A stretch of DNA of 64,000 bases from Eledone cirrhosa (GCA_964016885.1 OZ024752.1:14322001-14386000); one strand, 5' to 3'. Counted from the stretch's first letter, positions 41,588 through 55,451 are shown. Program-made: numbers and translations. Notes: generated by a model not told the origin, from the letters alone.

Positions 41588-42111
41588 CCACCGGAACTGT
41601 TGACATTTGAAAATTTTAAAGACGTGAATCTTTAAATAAATAATAAAATATATTTAATGAACACCCACGAAATTTAGTAGATAAATTATGTAATATTCAG
41701 TCATTATTTATTCAAAGTAATCAACTTATTTTAATAATGGGATAAACAATTATAAACCGTACGCAGTCCCGCACCCCTTACTTTATTATAGTTTAGATTG
41801 GTTAAGTGGTTTATTACATCATAAATATTTTTGCAGAATGATGTTCGTTTAAATTAAATAGTCATTTAATATATGGAGGAAGATATGTTATAATATTACT
41901 TTGAATTCTTGCAAACTGTGATATATGCCATATTAGGAATAGCCTGTAAATATGTTATGTAGGCTTCAATCTGCACCAAGTTGGAAATATTACAGTAATT
42001 ACTAGCTGTAAACTGTGTAAATAAGACCTGGCCCCATGGAGTTCCCATACTTAATTAAGAAACGGCTAACAAATATTATTACTGGTCAATGTGGCGGTTG
42101 ATATATATATA

Positions 42112-42205
42112 TACTGGTACTTTATTTTATCGACCCCGTAAGGATGAAAGGCAAAGTCAACCTCGGCGGGATTTGAACTCAGATCGTAAAGGGACGTAAC
42201 TATGC
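42112..42205 (-). mobile_element. SINE internal fragment
   Basis: Identical to the core of 27171-27350. Confidence 0.88.
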
Positions 42206-42259
42206 CACATTGACCAATAATATTTGGGTATGTATAATCGTTTGATTTGTCCAGGTGTA

Positions 42260-42467
42260 TTTTTCTAAACCTGTTAGTTCTATCATTACTTTGGTATATT
42301 ATTGTGTGTTAGATTTTGCCTACCACAATGTTCGATTCTTCAAGCTATTAAACGTATGTTAATACTCTAAGGATCCACTTTATCGAGTGCTTTGCTAACT
42401 CATCATTTCATATAAGTAGGCCGAATTTGCTTGCAAACCGCCAGAGATTCGATTTTACTAAATTTAC

Positions 42468-42470
<3 letters not shown>
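42260..42470. repeat. dispersed repeat; reverse-complement copy at 61095-61298
   Basis: gagtgctttgctaactcatca..gtaggccgaattt..gcaaaccgccagagattcgattttactaa is shared; both copies abut (TA)n or (CA)n. Confidence 0.85.
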
Positions 42471-42553
<83 letters not shown>

Positions 42554-43581
42554 GAATGTATATATATAGTATATTTGGCAATACACTGTATACTTAAGTA
42601 AAATCATTTTGAAGACCTTACGCTATTGTTTTAAAGTAGTGACTATGTCACTTACTTCTTTTAACATATATATATTGCTTCCCCGCACTCTCTGTTACTC
42701 TCGCCTTATGTCGCCCCCTCTGCCAGTTACACTTTCTCTCGTCTGACCTCTTCCTCACACTTCCACTCACTGACTCTCTGTTTCTCCCCTTCTCACTTCC
42801 TCCCGTTTGCCTTGTAGTGGGTCTCTTCTTGCTTACATCTCACACACATCGGACGGTCTGTACCTCTCTCGCTCATGAAATCCACCCAGCTTACGCTGAC
42901 CGGACAACCATGTTGCTTGTTTATTTTCCTATCTGCGGTTTGCTTTTATACTTCTATGTTGTTTACTTGCCCCCCTCGCTTTACGCGAATTACTGGTCCC
43001 AATAACTTTTTTTAGTTATTGCTCGCACCAACCTGAGGTATCTGATTTTTAATGCGATGAAATACCAATGATGGTTGGAAAATCACTGACGAAGCACTTT
43101 TTTCTTCTTCTTCCTTTTCTTCCTTCTCTTCTCACTTCTTTCTGTCTTTCTCCTGGTGGCATAATATTAACGTTGACTTATCTTCCTTCCCCTCTTTGTT
43201 TGCCTATATTTGACCGGTAGTAGTTGTTAAGATACGGGTCCCTTAGAATAAACATTTTTTTCGCGACATTCCTGGCCTGACTGTAATACCGACCTTTCCT
43301 CCTCTTTCTTTCTGTCTTTCTTCTTATAGCTGACATTAACCCTGGCTTCTCTTCTTCTTCCTTCCCCCTTCTTCTCTCTTCTTTCTTTCTTTCTTTTTTT
43401 CTTGTGGCATGATATTAACGCTGTTTTCCTTTATTTGACCGGTAGTAGCACACTGTAAGCTTTAGCCACATCACTCGAGGGCGACCCGCAGAGGTGGAAG
43501 ATGCTGGATGGCGGTCGTCCTCGGGTCTTTGATTTTCAGCCCCATGGATTTTATCTATTACATTCACTTATTATATTTCGA

Positions 43582-43639
43582 ATACCTGATGATATCACCG
43601 GATTCATACGGAACCCGGTCATTGAAATGATCATAGTAT
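43582..43639 (+). ncRNA. complete type I hammerhead ribozyme motif
   Basis: atac CTGATGA tatc-accgg-a-ttc-atacg-gaa-c-ccggt-catt GAA ATGATCAT A^ gtat. Confidence 0.87.
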
Positions 43640-46205
43640 AATAAACCTTTCAAGGCTTTACACAAGTCCAGCCTCATGTCATTTCATTATAATATTTAAC
43701 TCCGTACTAGCACCACCAACTACAAAAACAAAGACGGTTGAACTGCTTTACGTTGAGTACTTTCCATATTATTACATTGAGATTGACCATACGGAATTGA
43801 CCAGCTCTATCCAGTGGTGATCCTCAAACCTGAATAAATAATGCTCCTGAAATGTTGAGCACTTCCAAATGTAATAATGAACAGCGGCATGGGACTGAAT
43901 ATATCTAACCACCATTCGGATTTTGGCTACTCAGTGTTTTTGCCTACCGCCCACCTGGCCCATTGCTACTTCCCTCTCAGAATATTCAGACTTCGACGAA
44001 ATTCTACGGATTATACCATAACATGTATTGTACTGCACTGTATTGACTAAATTCGCTACCCTATACTTCAGGGCATGTATAACTCACACTGGATTCTCAG
44101 ACTCGAACACACACTGATTCCATTTCCACATCTATATACATTATCTGACTGCAACTTGAACTATATTGTATTTCTCCTGTGTCTGGATCTCTCCATTTAC
44201 TCCACCACCACTCTTGTTTGTTTATTTATATCTTTATATCTTTCTACCTTTGCTGTATTAATGTTTTTTTCCACGTATTCTATTTCTATACATCCATGTA
44301 CTTTTTATTTCTCTTATTCGGACTTTTACTCGCGTGTACCCATTAGCACACGACACTAGAATGTCTCCCCCTGGGAACATAAATACTGCAACCTGAACTA
44401 TATTGTATTTCTCCTATGTCTTGATTTCTCCATCTTACCCCACGACCACTCTTGTTGGTTTATTTATATATTTATACCTTTGCTTTATTAATGTGCTTTT
44501 CCACGTATTCTACTTCTATGTGTCCATGTATTTCTACACCTCTTATTGGGACTTTTGCTCACTTGTACCCATTAGCACACGACACTAGAATGTCTCCCCC
44601 TGAGAACAAAAATAAATATTACCCGACTATATCCCTTACTCTACATCCCACTAGGATAACTTATAGAAGATCTACATAATACAATTAACGTTTCTTCATA
44701 AAAGACTCTCTTTCACTAAACCCCGCAACCCAAAACCTTAAAAAAGTTTTTTAAATGTTTAATTTTCAATTTTCGATTTGTTCAATTCTCAATCTTCTTA
44801 CTCTTTAATTTTATAATGTTATTCTGAATGCTTTCAACTTCATCCTATAAATCTAAACAATATTTTAACGTTCCAACTTTCTGTCGGACTGTTAGGTTGG
44901 TTTTCCTGGCGGCGGGACCGGCCCACTGGCGCATATCTTGAGTGCTTGGAAAAATAAATTTCCCCTTCTTTCGGTAAATGAAACTACTCGGAGTGGCTTG
45001 ATTCGCCCGAGGGGCCCGGCGCGCAGCCGGTTTTTTGACCGCCATATAGTACCTTTAAATTACAGATCAAATCAGAACTATTAGATATATCACGCCTCCC
45101 TCTACTTAAGCAAATCCCCCTCCTGGGTAAAGGAATACTACTGGTTTTGTACAGGATGGCCTAACGATGGGGGCTGACTTCCTCCTGACGCACCTGAAGC
45201 CTGTTATACATTCCTAGAGTGCTCGGAAAAATCGATTTCCATATCTTTCGCTAGGCGATATCACTCGGAGTGATGGGCTGCCCAAGCTTGTAGTCGCCGC
45301 ATGCTGTTTGACGGCTAAACAAAGACAATCTTTACTCTATAATAAAATTGAAGGGTCTTCATAAAAGACTCTTTCTTTGCTTAAACCTCGCAACCTTAAA
45401 AATGTTAAACTGTTTAACTTTAAATTTTCTAATTTCTTTAATTTTATAATGTTAATATTAAAGATGAATTTTTTAATGTTTTAACTTCATCCTATAAGTC
45501 TAAACAAAAATGTAACGTTCCAATCTTCTGCTCACACATTATAACACACTGACCCCCACTATATTTACCTCTGCTAAGTTACGGGTCCCTTTGAAAATAT
45601 TTTTTTCGCGCCATTCCTGGCCTGACTGTAGTCTGACATTAATATCGGCCTTTCTTCCTCTTTCTTTCTATCTTTCTTCTTGTAGCCATCAACCCTGACG
45701 TTTCTTCTTCTTCCTTTTCTTCCTTCTCTTCTCCATTCTTTCTGTCTTTTCACTTTGTGGCATGATATTTACGCTGACTTATCTTCCTTCCCCTCTTTGT
45801 TTGCCTATATTTGACCGGTAGTAGTTGTTAAGATACGGGTCCCTCAGAATAAACCTTTTTTTCGCGACATTCCTGGCCTGACTGTAATACCGACCTTTCC
45901 TCCTCTTTCTTTCTGTCTTTCTTCTTATAGCTGACATTAACCCTGGCTTCTCTTCTTCTTCCTTCCCCCTTCTCTCTTCTTTCTTGCTTTCTTTCTTTTT
46001 TTCTTGTCGCATGATATTAACGCTAATTTATGTTCCTATCCCTTTCTATTTTCCTTTATTTGACCGGTAGTAGCACACTGTAAGCTTTAGCCACGTCACT
46101 CGAGGGCGACCAGCAAAGGTGGAAGATGCTGGATGGCGGTCGTCCTCGGGTCTTTGATTTTCATCCCCATGGATTTAACTATTACATTTACTTATTATAT
46201 TTCGA

Positions 46206-46263
46206 ATACCTGATGATATCATCGGATTCATACGGAACCCGGTCATTGAAATGATCATAGTAT
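46206..46263 (+). ncRNA. complete type I hammerhead ribozyme motif
   Basis: Same as 43582-43639 except one stem II pair changed from C-G to U-G. Confidence 0.87.
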
Positions 46264-46309
46264 AATAAACCTTTCAAGGATTTTCACAAGTCCAGACTCC
46301 TGTCATTTG

Positions 46310-46385
<76 letters not shown>

Positions 46386-46589
46386 TAAACGGAATAGAAA
46401 ATGCTGACAAATTGTTCACAGTGAAAAATAGTTTAATTAGGAATAAGTGAGAATAAGTAATGGTATTGGTTAGTATTAAGTTTTGGTTTTAAGTTTTACC
46501 GGTTGCGCATATATATTTATATATACTATATATATACATATATACATACACAGACACTCACAAACACACCGCAGACATTCAGGCATTTA

Positions 46590-46870
46590 GACAGATATTA
46601 TAAAGGGACAACGTTATATGTTGAACAAAAGAGCAACGATTGTTGCTAAGCACTGTACGGCTTAATTCGGGATGTTTGTTTACAACCAACCGAGCATTAT
46701 AATAAATGTTCGGTAAATCCATACGTACATATATATATATGTGCATGTATGTATATATATACATACTACTGTACATCTGTATACATATATGTATGTACGT
46801 ATACATCTTTATATTTAAGTAACATCCGTACTAAGAGTGAGAAATGAAATTTCGTTTCACTTTTTCCGTT
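46590..46870. repeat. dispersed repeat, rearranged copy at 55100-55570
   Basis: cactgtacggcttaattcgggatg..ccgagcattataataaatgttcggt and ccgtactaagag..gaaatgaaatttcgtttca are shared. Confidence 0.8.
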
Positions 46871-47126
46871 ATATCTATGTATCTATCTAAAAAGAGAAAG
46901 ACTAAGAATTATAGACAGAGATCGCTAAATCGCCTAGTGCAATCCCAGGGCATTGACAATTTGTAAAGTTTGAAAAAACTCGGTTGGGTGGTTCTCGAGT
47001 TTTAGTGATTGGACAGACAGACAGACAAACAAACATTCTCTGTTTTAGCCATATACAATACACATATATTCTACTTTATGATATATATATACAACACAAT
47101 AAAATATATTTAATAAATAGAACCAA

Positions 47127-47204
<78 letters not shown>

Positions 47205-47209
47205 GGTGG

Positions 47210-47303
<94 letters not shown>

Positions 47304-47331
47304 CTTCTTCTTCTTCTTCTTCTTCTTCTTC
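47127..47331. repeat. (TTG)n followed by (TTC)n microsatellite
   Basis: Directly visible; lies at the 3' tail of the adjacent RTE fragment. Confidence 0.97.
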
Positions 47332-47680
47332 TGTCAATTATTCCTGAGAGCGTTGTGGGGGCAGAGTCCTCAAGAATTCCTTCCAGTCGGTCGTGCCAGA
47401 AGCAACCGTCTCCAAACTGATCCAGCTAGATCCCCAAGCGAGACTAGCCAAGCTCATGGATGTTATCCAATCATTTTATTCGGGGTCTACCCATCGATTT
47501 CCTGCCGACTGGTTTTGCCCCTAAATTCTTTCCAGTGATTCTTTCCTGAGATATTCTAACCACATCTGTCAATTCTGAGAATTAGCGGCTCTATCTGGAG
47601 TGACTCTCTGATCTCCGAGCTACGCACTCAATCAAGTAACGTTACTCCGAAGACCCATCGATGAAATCCGCCGCAGATAT
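47332..47680 (-). mobile_element. RTE LINE 3' fragment
   Basis: Reverse complement homologous to 23980-24340 (ggagtaacgttact..cagagagtcactcc..gtggttagaat..caggaaagaatc..tgagcttgg..ggatctagctggatcagtt). Confidence 0.8.
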
Positions 47681-48310
47681 TATTGCTGCATGACCGGTAG
47701 ATATTTTATCAATCTCTGTTTATCGAACGATTATGTCAGGTGTCAGGTGACATAAACATATACACGAACACAAGCGTAAACATAAAAAAACCGTCACATA
47801 CCTTCAAGCTGTTGTTTCTAGCAGGTCGAATCTGTGCTGTATTGTTGTTCTCTAGGTGACTTTTTTATGACTGTTGTATCTTGTGTGAAGGCGAGTGGTT
47901 GTTTGAAAGTGTGGGTGTTTCTGTAACGGGCCAGTAATCAATATGCTTTTATTAATATTAATATACATTTACAGAACGAAACCATGTAAAAACATACAAA
48001 TATTAATTTTAATATCAGGGATAAATATCTGCGTGGAATTAATTTCAGGCTCAGGAGAAAGTAGATGTATGATTCTTCGAAAGAATTACACGTGTTTTGC
48101 AATGCGCCTGCTTAACAAATCGTCGATCCTAAAATTGAATTGCTAGTAATCGACTAAAGTTTCGTGCTAGCCATTTGCGAAACGTGTGTTATGTGTGATT
48201 TTGAATAATATATGTTTAACTGAAACATCGGTCTCATTCGTAATGGAATCACGCTGCATATTATGTCAATAACAAACAGATGTCGGTATTAAACCACATT
48301 TATTTATATA

Positions 48311-48374
<64 letters not shown>

Positions 48375-49159
48375 TTCTTCTTCTACTTATTGCTTGGATT
48401 GTCTTTGGGGAGTCATAAGAGGTTTACGGTATAATTAGAGCAATCTCCTTGCCTACCCTTTTGAAATTTGGGAGTATAACTCACGATTGCTATTGCTTTG
48501 GTGTCTCTCCAGAGTGATAGGACACCCGGCATACACGACATTACGAGAACACACCTTCTCTATTTAATGCTTGTATAATCTCTAGCCGAATTTGATCCTC
48601 TCAAGAAGCTTTTCCACATTTCAGTATTTAATTGCTCTGATGACTTCAGCCTCTGAGATGTTATCTTTATAAAATTGGTGCATCTCATGTAAATTTTATC
48701 TGTTTTAACAAAGTATTCTCTCTGCCTTGCGAGACAGCATCTGTCTCCAGAAAGAACACCAAGCAAGTTCCTGATAACAGGCGTAAAGGGGAGAACTTTT
48801 TATTAGGGAGTCGCCTGAGATTGTCACCCAGTATAGTTTATTGCTGTTCTCCAGATAGATTCCTCGTTAACCCTTGAACGCCATTACTGTTTATGTTTCT
48901 GCTGTGAATTTTCATCGCGAGTACAACAAGGAATACATATTTTCAAGCAGAGATTTGTAAGCATCCATCTTTTCTTGGATTGCATCGTTAACCTCTTCAT
49001 TGACTCAGTTGGTTCTTTAGCTCGCCAGTGTCACACCGAGTTCCCACCGCGTTCGCAATCCAATAGTCTCGCTGAATAGTCTCCACTTGGTTTCAACCTA
49101 CTTTGTTTGTTCCGAGAGTTTTCTGAATTTGAATAGAATTGTATCTGTATGAGGCGGCG

Positions 49160-49310
49160 AATTGAGAGGGTTGTTAGAACGTCGGATAGAATGCTTTGTA
49201 GTATTAGTTCCGGTTCTCTGTTCTTTGGGTTCAAATCCCGCCTTGGTCAACTTTGCCTTTCATCCTTTCAAGGACGATAGAAAAAGTACCAGTCTACCAC
49301 TTGGGTTGAT
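49160..49310 (+). mobile_element. older SINE copy
   Basis: gggttcaaatcccgccttggtcaactttgcctttcatcctttcaaggacgatagaaaaagtaccag. Confidence 0.75.
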
Positions 49311-50494
49311 TCGTCCTCAGTATATCTTTCTCACGTCCATTCTCTCCGTCACTATCCTGCTCTGGAACAAATCTACTTTATTCAGACGTGGTAGGGGATG
49401 GTCTCCGCCAGGTTTAAAAAGGCTCTACAAACAACGTTTTCAATACGGCAACCCCCTCCCCCAGGAGTCACAGGATACTGCAGGCATGTATCTACATACC
49501 TTGTTATATTCCTCGTATGGACCAGTGATACCTACGTTATCCAATTTTGAGAGTTTCCTTGATTTTAGATAGTCTCAGTTTTGATCCTTTCACATCCCAG
49601 CCCCTCTACGAACACGAGCATTCTGATCAGCATCGAAGATATCAGATATAATTAAATGCATCAATTATTGACCTGTGTATCAGAATTCCCTTCCTCATAC
49701 CATGTATTCTTCTGTATTATTTGCTTCAAAAGGGTTTTCAGAATAGAGAACCCTTTACTAGACCGGAAGACTAATAAGGCATTTCTGTTCGCATTGACTC
49801 TTGGATCAACGTTCTTTGCAATCACTACTTTGCATGTCAAATCCTCTGCCCATCTTGTGAATTGAATCTCAAATTATGATATATGATCCAGGGTTAAGTA
49901 TATCGAATTTCACCAAAGAAGGATCTATATTCAGACCTGTTTTCTGTATAAACTCGCGCCATCCACAGCCTAGGTTTCAAGAGAAAATCCTCCCACCCAA
50001 TGGGATCCAGCCCAAACTACATTCCAACAGCAGGGGACCTGTACGTATCTCCACTAACGCGTGATAAGACCATTGTGGCTCAACACATAAATAGTAGAGT
50101 TCCCATCCTCCATCCAGCCCTACCGTAGAATAGCAGGGACCTTTGATGGGAACGTCCCGATTATATCTAACCGACGAAAGCTGGGTTCTTCCATTGTTCC
50201 CATTGTTCCTTACCTAAAGGTTGTATTGTTTTTGTTGTCAATTTTTAATGTTCGCTCTTTTATGAGCTCTCTTTCGGGTCTCCAGATACACAACATTTGT
50301 GCATATTTGCCACGTCTCCCAAGACATGTCGCAGGATCTTTGCCAATTTGTACGACGTTATATAGTGACTGCAATATATTTTTCCAATAGAGTCTTCTAC
50401 CTAAGACCTGAATGTGTCGTTTGTTAACCCATTGGAAGGACGACGCTTGAGGATAGAATATATTTGTCTTAAATAATTCCTATTTATATCCTTT

Positions 50495-50571
<77 letters not shown>

Positions 50572-51134
50572 GTATATATATATATATATATATCTTTCAT
50601 TCTCTCTCACCCTTGCTTTCTCTTTCACACACAAATCTAGCATCCCGTTTCCAATAAAATCATGAGATGAAAAAAACAAGAACAGATTTCCGCCCTACGT
50701 TACTGCTATCCCCTATATCTCCACTCCGTTCTTTACATAAACCTTCTCTCTCGCACATAAACACACACAGAGACACACACACATACACACACACATACAC
50801 ACACTCAAAATACAATCTCTTACATTCGTTATTCCAGCATGACAGACCATGCACAATAGAAACATCAAATTTAACAGTAAAGTACGTTAATCAGCAGTTT
50901 GTAAAATTGTAAATTTAGAATAATTATGTAAACAAATGTTTATCACATTATGAACTATTGTTATCCAACAGATCATCTGTCAGCTGCTATCATATATAAC
51001 ATGGCATAACACTGCATGTATTATAAGTGTTGCTGCTTTTGGCACAAGGTCAGCAATTATCTCGCTGCATGTATTATAATGAAAAATGGGAATTTAAATT
51101 TTCGTTTCAATATATTCTATATTATGAAAGATAA

Positions 51135-51640
51135 TACTATTGAATATTTACATTTGAGTGTGTGTGTGGGGGGGGGGGGTATGTGTGTGTGTATGTGAGA
51201 GAGAGAGAACGAGGGTGTGTGTGTGAGTGAGGTAGGGAAATACTTTGAATATTTACATTTGAGCGCATGTGTATGTGTGTATGTGTGAGAGAGTGTGAGT
51301 GAGAGAGAGAGAGATTGTGTATGTGTGTGGTAGGGAAGTGCTATTGAATATTTACGTTTGAGCACATGTGTATGTGTGTGTGTGTGAGAGAGTGTGAGTG
51401 AGACAGAGAGAGAGATTGTGTATGTGTGTGGTAGGGAAGTGCTATTGAATATTTACGTTTGAGCGCATGTGTATGTGTGTGTGTGAGAGAGAGTGTGAGT
51501 GAGAGAGAGAGAGAGATTGTGTATGTGTGTGGTAGAGAAGTGCTATTGAACATTTACGTTTGAGCGTGTGTGTATGTGTGTGTGTGTGTGAGAGAGAGAG
51601 ATAGTGTCTCTGTGTGTGTAGTAGCGAAGTGTTATTGAAT
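51135..51640. repeat. ~100-bp composite tandem repeat, ~5 copies
   Basis: Unit tattgaatatttacgtttgagcgcatg-(TG)n-(GA)n-ttgtgtatgtgtgtggtagggaagtgc. Confidence 0.9.
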
Positions 51641-51982
51641 ATGGAACTCATTCTATGATTATATAAACCTGCATATAACTTCTTATGATACATTAAAATG
51701 ATGTTAACAATTGGAAAGTATTCAGATATTATGCCCATTAAAACTCAATTTGTTTTATTCGTAAATGATTTAGTGATGATAAATAATGGATTTCTAATTA
51801 GGTTATCATTCCAGAAAAGTGTTCATCATATTTATTGTGATCAGAAATCTGAATGAATATATATCCAACGTATTTTAACACTCTTAATTTAGTAATTATC
51901 AGAGGGTAAATTACCTCCTTACACCTTGATTTGTGTCGCATATGGCAATAACATATTAGAATAATTAGTGTATATATATATG

Positions 51983-52057
<75 letters not shown>

Positions 52058-52105
52058 TTATACGGATTTGAAAAAAAACAACTAATGTGTTTTTTTTATT
52101 TCATA

Positions 52106-52268
52106 CTAGACGACCCGTGACCCGTTGAGTCACGTTCAGTTCAAAATATTTTAAAAAAATCATGTTCAGCTAAAAAATAATTTTTAAATAATCAAAATTT
52201 ACACGAACATGTATATAATGTGAAATGAAACTGGAATGCCCATATGTATATACGTGTGTGTATGTGTG

Positions 52269-52324
<56 letters not shown>

Positions 52325-52721
52325 TGTGTGTGTGTATATACATATATATGGGTGACTCTGATCTATATAACCTGGTCATAGACACACACACAGACATATA
52401 CATTCATATATATAAACATATATAAATATATATACACACAACACCTCCACCAGCCCTTTTTTTCCATTCTCTTTTTCTGTATCCTCTCTCTATATATCTC
52501 TATTTCTCTCTCTCTCTCTATTTAAAAAGGTTCCCGTAAAAGCCCCATAACTCGGGACCGCGGTCCTATTTATGCAAAACTTGTTTTATTCCATTTGTAT
52601 TTCCATTTCAGGGTCAACTTCCATTGCAAGTATTTTCCCATTATGCACCCTATTGGATGTATTGATGACATTACAGACAAGTAAGCAAGCAGTCACAGAC
52701 TTTTACTAATATATAAATATA
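52106..52721 (-). mobile_element. putative non-autonomous Helitron/Helentron-type element
   Basis: Minus-strand end cgtgactc-aac-gggtcacg hairpin followed by CTAG; internal microsatellite; acagac repeats near the other end. Confidence 0.5.
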
Positions 52722-53110
52722 GTTTGTGTATAGTACACAACGAAATGACTTTTTTTCAAATAAAAAGAATAGATTTTTTTAAATTTTGTATTTGATCGTT
52801 TTCGCTTAAAACAACTTTTCAAAACTAGTCATTGAATCAATTACTGGTTTGCTGCATCACAGTCAGTCTATGAATATAGCATGGACCATGGATTGACAGA
52901 TAATCAATTACTTTGTACTGTCAGGTACAACCATTCACGAATCTCTTCGGAGATGTTCATGAGGATAATGTTTTAAAGCAAGGAAATAGTGCTTAAATAA
53001 ATATGTAGAGAAGCACGTTTACAGGCATACACATACACAGACGGATTCACATATATACACGTATACTCGTCGGTCGACGTTTACACACACATGCACATAC
53101 ACACCTACAC

Positions 53111-53261
<151 letters not shown>

Positions 53262-53519
53262 TGACTTGCTAATAAGATAGCGGCCTGCCTACAACCGTAG
53301 CAGCAGTCATGGCCAATATTGCTCGACAAATAATTTGGAGATAATAATAAAGAATTTATATCTAGTAACATATATATACATACAGATGCATATCAATGCT
53401 AGCAAATATATAGGTTTTGTCTTAATAACATTGTGGTTCAATGCATGGGGTTGCAGAACAATAATATAAGAGACGTAAAATAAGAAAATTATAAAATTAA
53501 CTTACTTACTAAAATATCA

Positions 53520-53597
53520 CTTCCAACTAATTAGTTTCTGGAATGGAGTAAATATATTTTCCGAAGAAGATATTGAGAAGCATTCCGTCGTCAGGAC
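53520..53597 (-). ncRNA. hammerhead motif (weak stem I)
   Basis: Antisense arm copy of 53774-53853 with intact CTGACGA and GAAA. Confidence 0.6.
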
Positions 53598-53773
53598 TGA
53601 TTGACCTCGATGTCACGTGTTCGATTCTTTTTGAATTTGCCACAGACACAGAGGCAGTGATTTTCTCAATGGCTAGGAATTCAGTCCACGCTTTGCTATT
53701 TCCTATCCACTGAATTATTGTTTAATAAGTTTCCAGAGTCCTCGCTTTGCCTGGAAACTTACATGAGAATAGT

Positions 53774-53853
53774 CTTTCCTGACGACGGAATGTTTCTATA
53801 TATCTTCTTCGGAAAATATATTTACTCCATTCCAGAAACTAATTAGTTGGAAG
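53774..53853 (+). ncRNA. type I hammerhead with extended stem II capped by cUUCGg
   Basis: ctttc CTGACGA c-ggaatg..atatat-c-ttc-TTCG-gaa-a-atatat..cattcc-a GAA ACTAATTAGT T^ ggaag. Confidence 0.8.
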
Positions 53854-53902
53854 TGATATTTTAGTAAGTAAGTTAATTTTATAATTTTCCTATTTTACGT
53901 CT

Positions 53903-53975
<73 letters not shown>

Positions 53976-54039
53976 ATAATAATCCAAAGCGGGCTCGATA
54001 AGGATAAATATATACCAAATATATAAGAACCGTAGAGCA

Positions 54040-54150
54040 AATATTTATTAAAATAACAGATTAAAGTTTAAGCAAAGAATCGCTGCTTTCACCCTAAGGG
54101 TGAAAGCATCGATTCTTTGCTTAAACTTTAATCTGTTATTTTAATAAATA
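54040..54150. repeat. palindrome derived from the PLE terminal segment at 35085-35205
   Basis: tatttattaaaataacagattaaagtttaagcaaagaatcg..ctttcaccct/agggtgaaag..cgattctttgcttaaactttaatctgttattttaataaata. Confidence 0.88.
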
Positions 54151-54799
54151 TATATATAGTTAAAACTTGGACGGGAACAAAAACAGACAGGCAATACAAA
54201 TAAGAGTTTATTAGGTTCGCGCTTCTGAGTGTGTGTGTGTGTGTGTGTGGGGGGGGGGGTATTGATGATTTTTCATGAATGAAACAGTTCTCGTCATGTA
54301 GAAGATTTTCTATATTAAAACAGTTATACTCTGCTACGTATTGAATACGTTACTTACTGTGGTTACCGCCGATTGAACCCGGAATAACTTATATATATAT
54401 ATACACCTAAATATGTATACATAAATATACATACATACCTATACACATATACACACACACATATATGGCTGCTTGTGTGAAGTCCTATGAAGGACCAGTC
54501 AGTTAACCAGTTGGGGTTGAGATATAGTGGGATGTCTAGTACACTATAAGTCATCGTTGGTGTGCTTCAATCATTAATATTTTAGGGAGTGGCTACAAGT
54601 GAAAATGTATGTTGTCAGCTGCTAATGTTTGATTGACGCTAATGGGATAAAGCCCTGAGTGTTAAGACATGTAGTGGGGTGGAGTGATTATTAGAATAGT
54701 GATTAACAGAACATCAGATATAGAAAGGAACTAATGAATATCACCCTATACACCTCAGTGTTTTTTCTCCCCTACCCCTCTCTCGTATATGTATAGGGA

Positions 54800-55107
<308 letters not shown>

Positions 55108-55451
55108 CTTATATTTAAGTAACAGCCGTACTAAGAGAGAGAAATGAAATTTCGTTTCATTTTTTCCGTTTACGTTTTCGGTACGCCCGGCCGATTAACT
55201 CACTCGATATGCAAATTAAGCTGCTCAGCCGTTAATATGCATATGGAAAGTATATACTTTCTGACGTTCAATCATCTTGCAGGAAGGTATATGTTGCTGA
55301 CGATAGCTAATAAGCTTGAAACTAGTACAGCGTTCCTTTGTCAGTGTTGAACAAATGAGCAACGGTGGTTGCTAGACACTGTACGGCTTAATTCGGGATG
55401 CTTGTTTACAAACACACCGAGCATTATAATAAATGTTCGGTGATTCCATAC

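Larger units (their letters stand above)
43100..46313 (+). mobile_element. apparently non-coding element bounded by ~600-bp direct repeats, each with a hammerhead (retrozyme-like / non-autonomous PLE)
   Basis: 43100-43690 matches 45702-46313 at high identity; HHRs at 43582 and 46206; no recognisable ORF inside; ends in (TA)n. Confidence 0.8.
53464..53910. repeat. inverted repeat, ~130-bp arms, hammerhead in each; third copy at 55890-56052
   Basis: tataagagacgtaaaata..ccgtcgtcagga / tcctgacgacgg..tattttacgtctcttata. Confidence 0.93.

Noticed and set aside
43086-43097. CTGACGAAG hammerhead core start just before the direct repeat
   Set aside because: No stem II or GAAA follows; at most a truncated motif
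46984-47538. Poly-Leu / poly-Gln ORFs
   Set aside because: (TTG)n(TTC)n microsatellite at an RTE tail, not a protein
48560-50450. Possible decayed LTR-retrotransposon coding region on the minus strand (GPLLLECSLGW)
   Set aside because: Only a faint motif resemblance; no RT or integrase signature identifiable without a search
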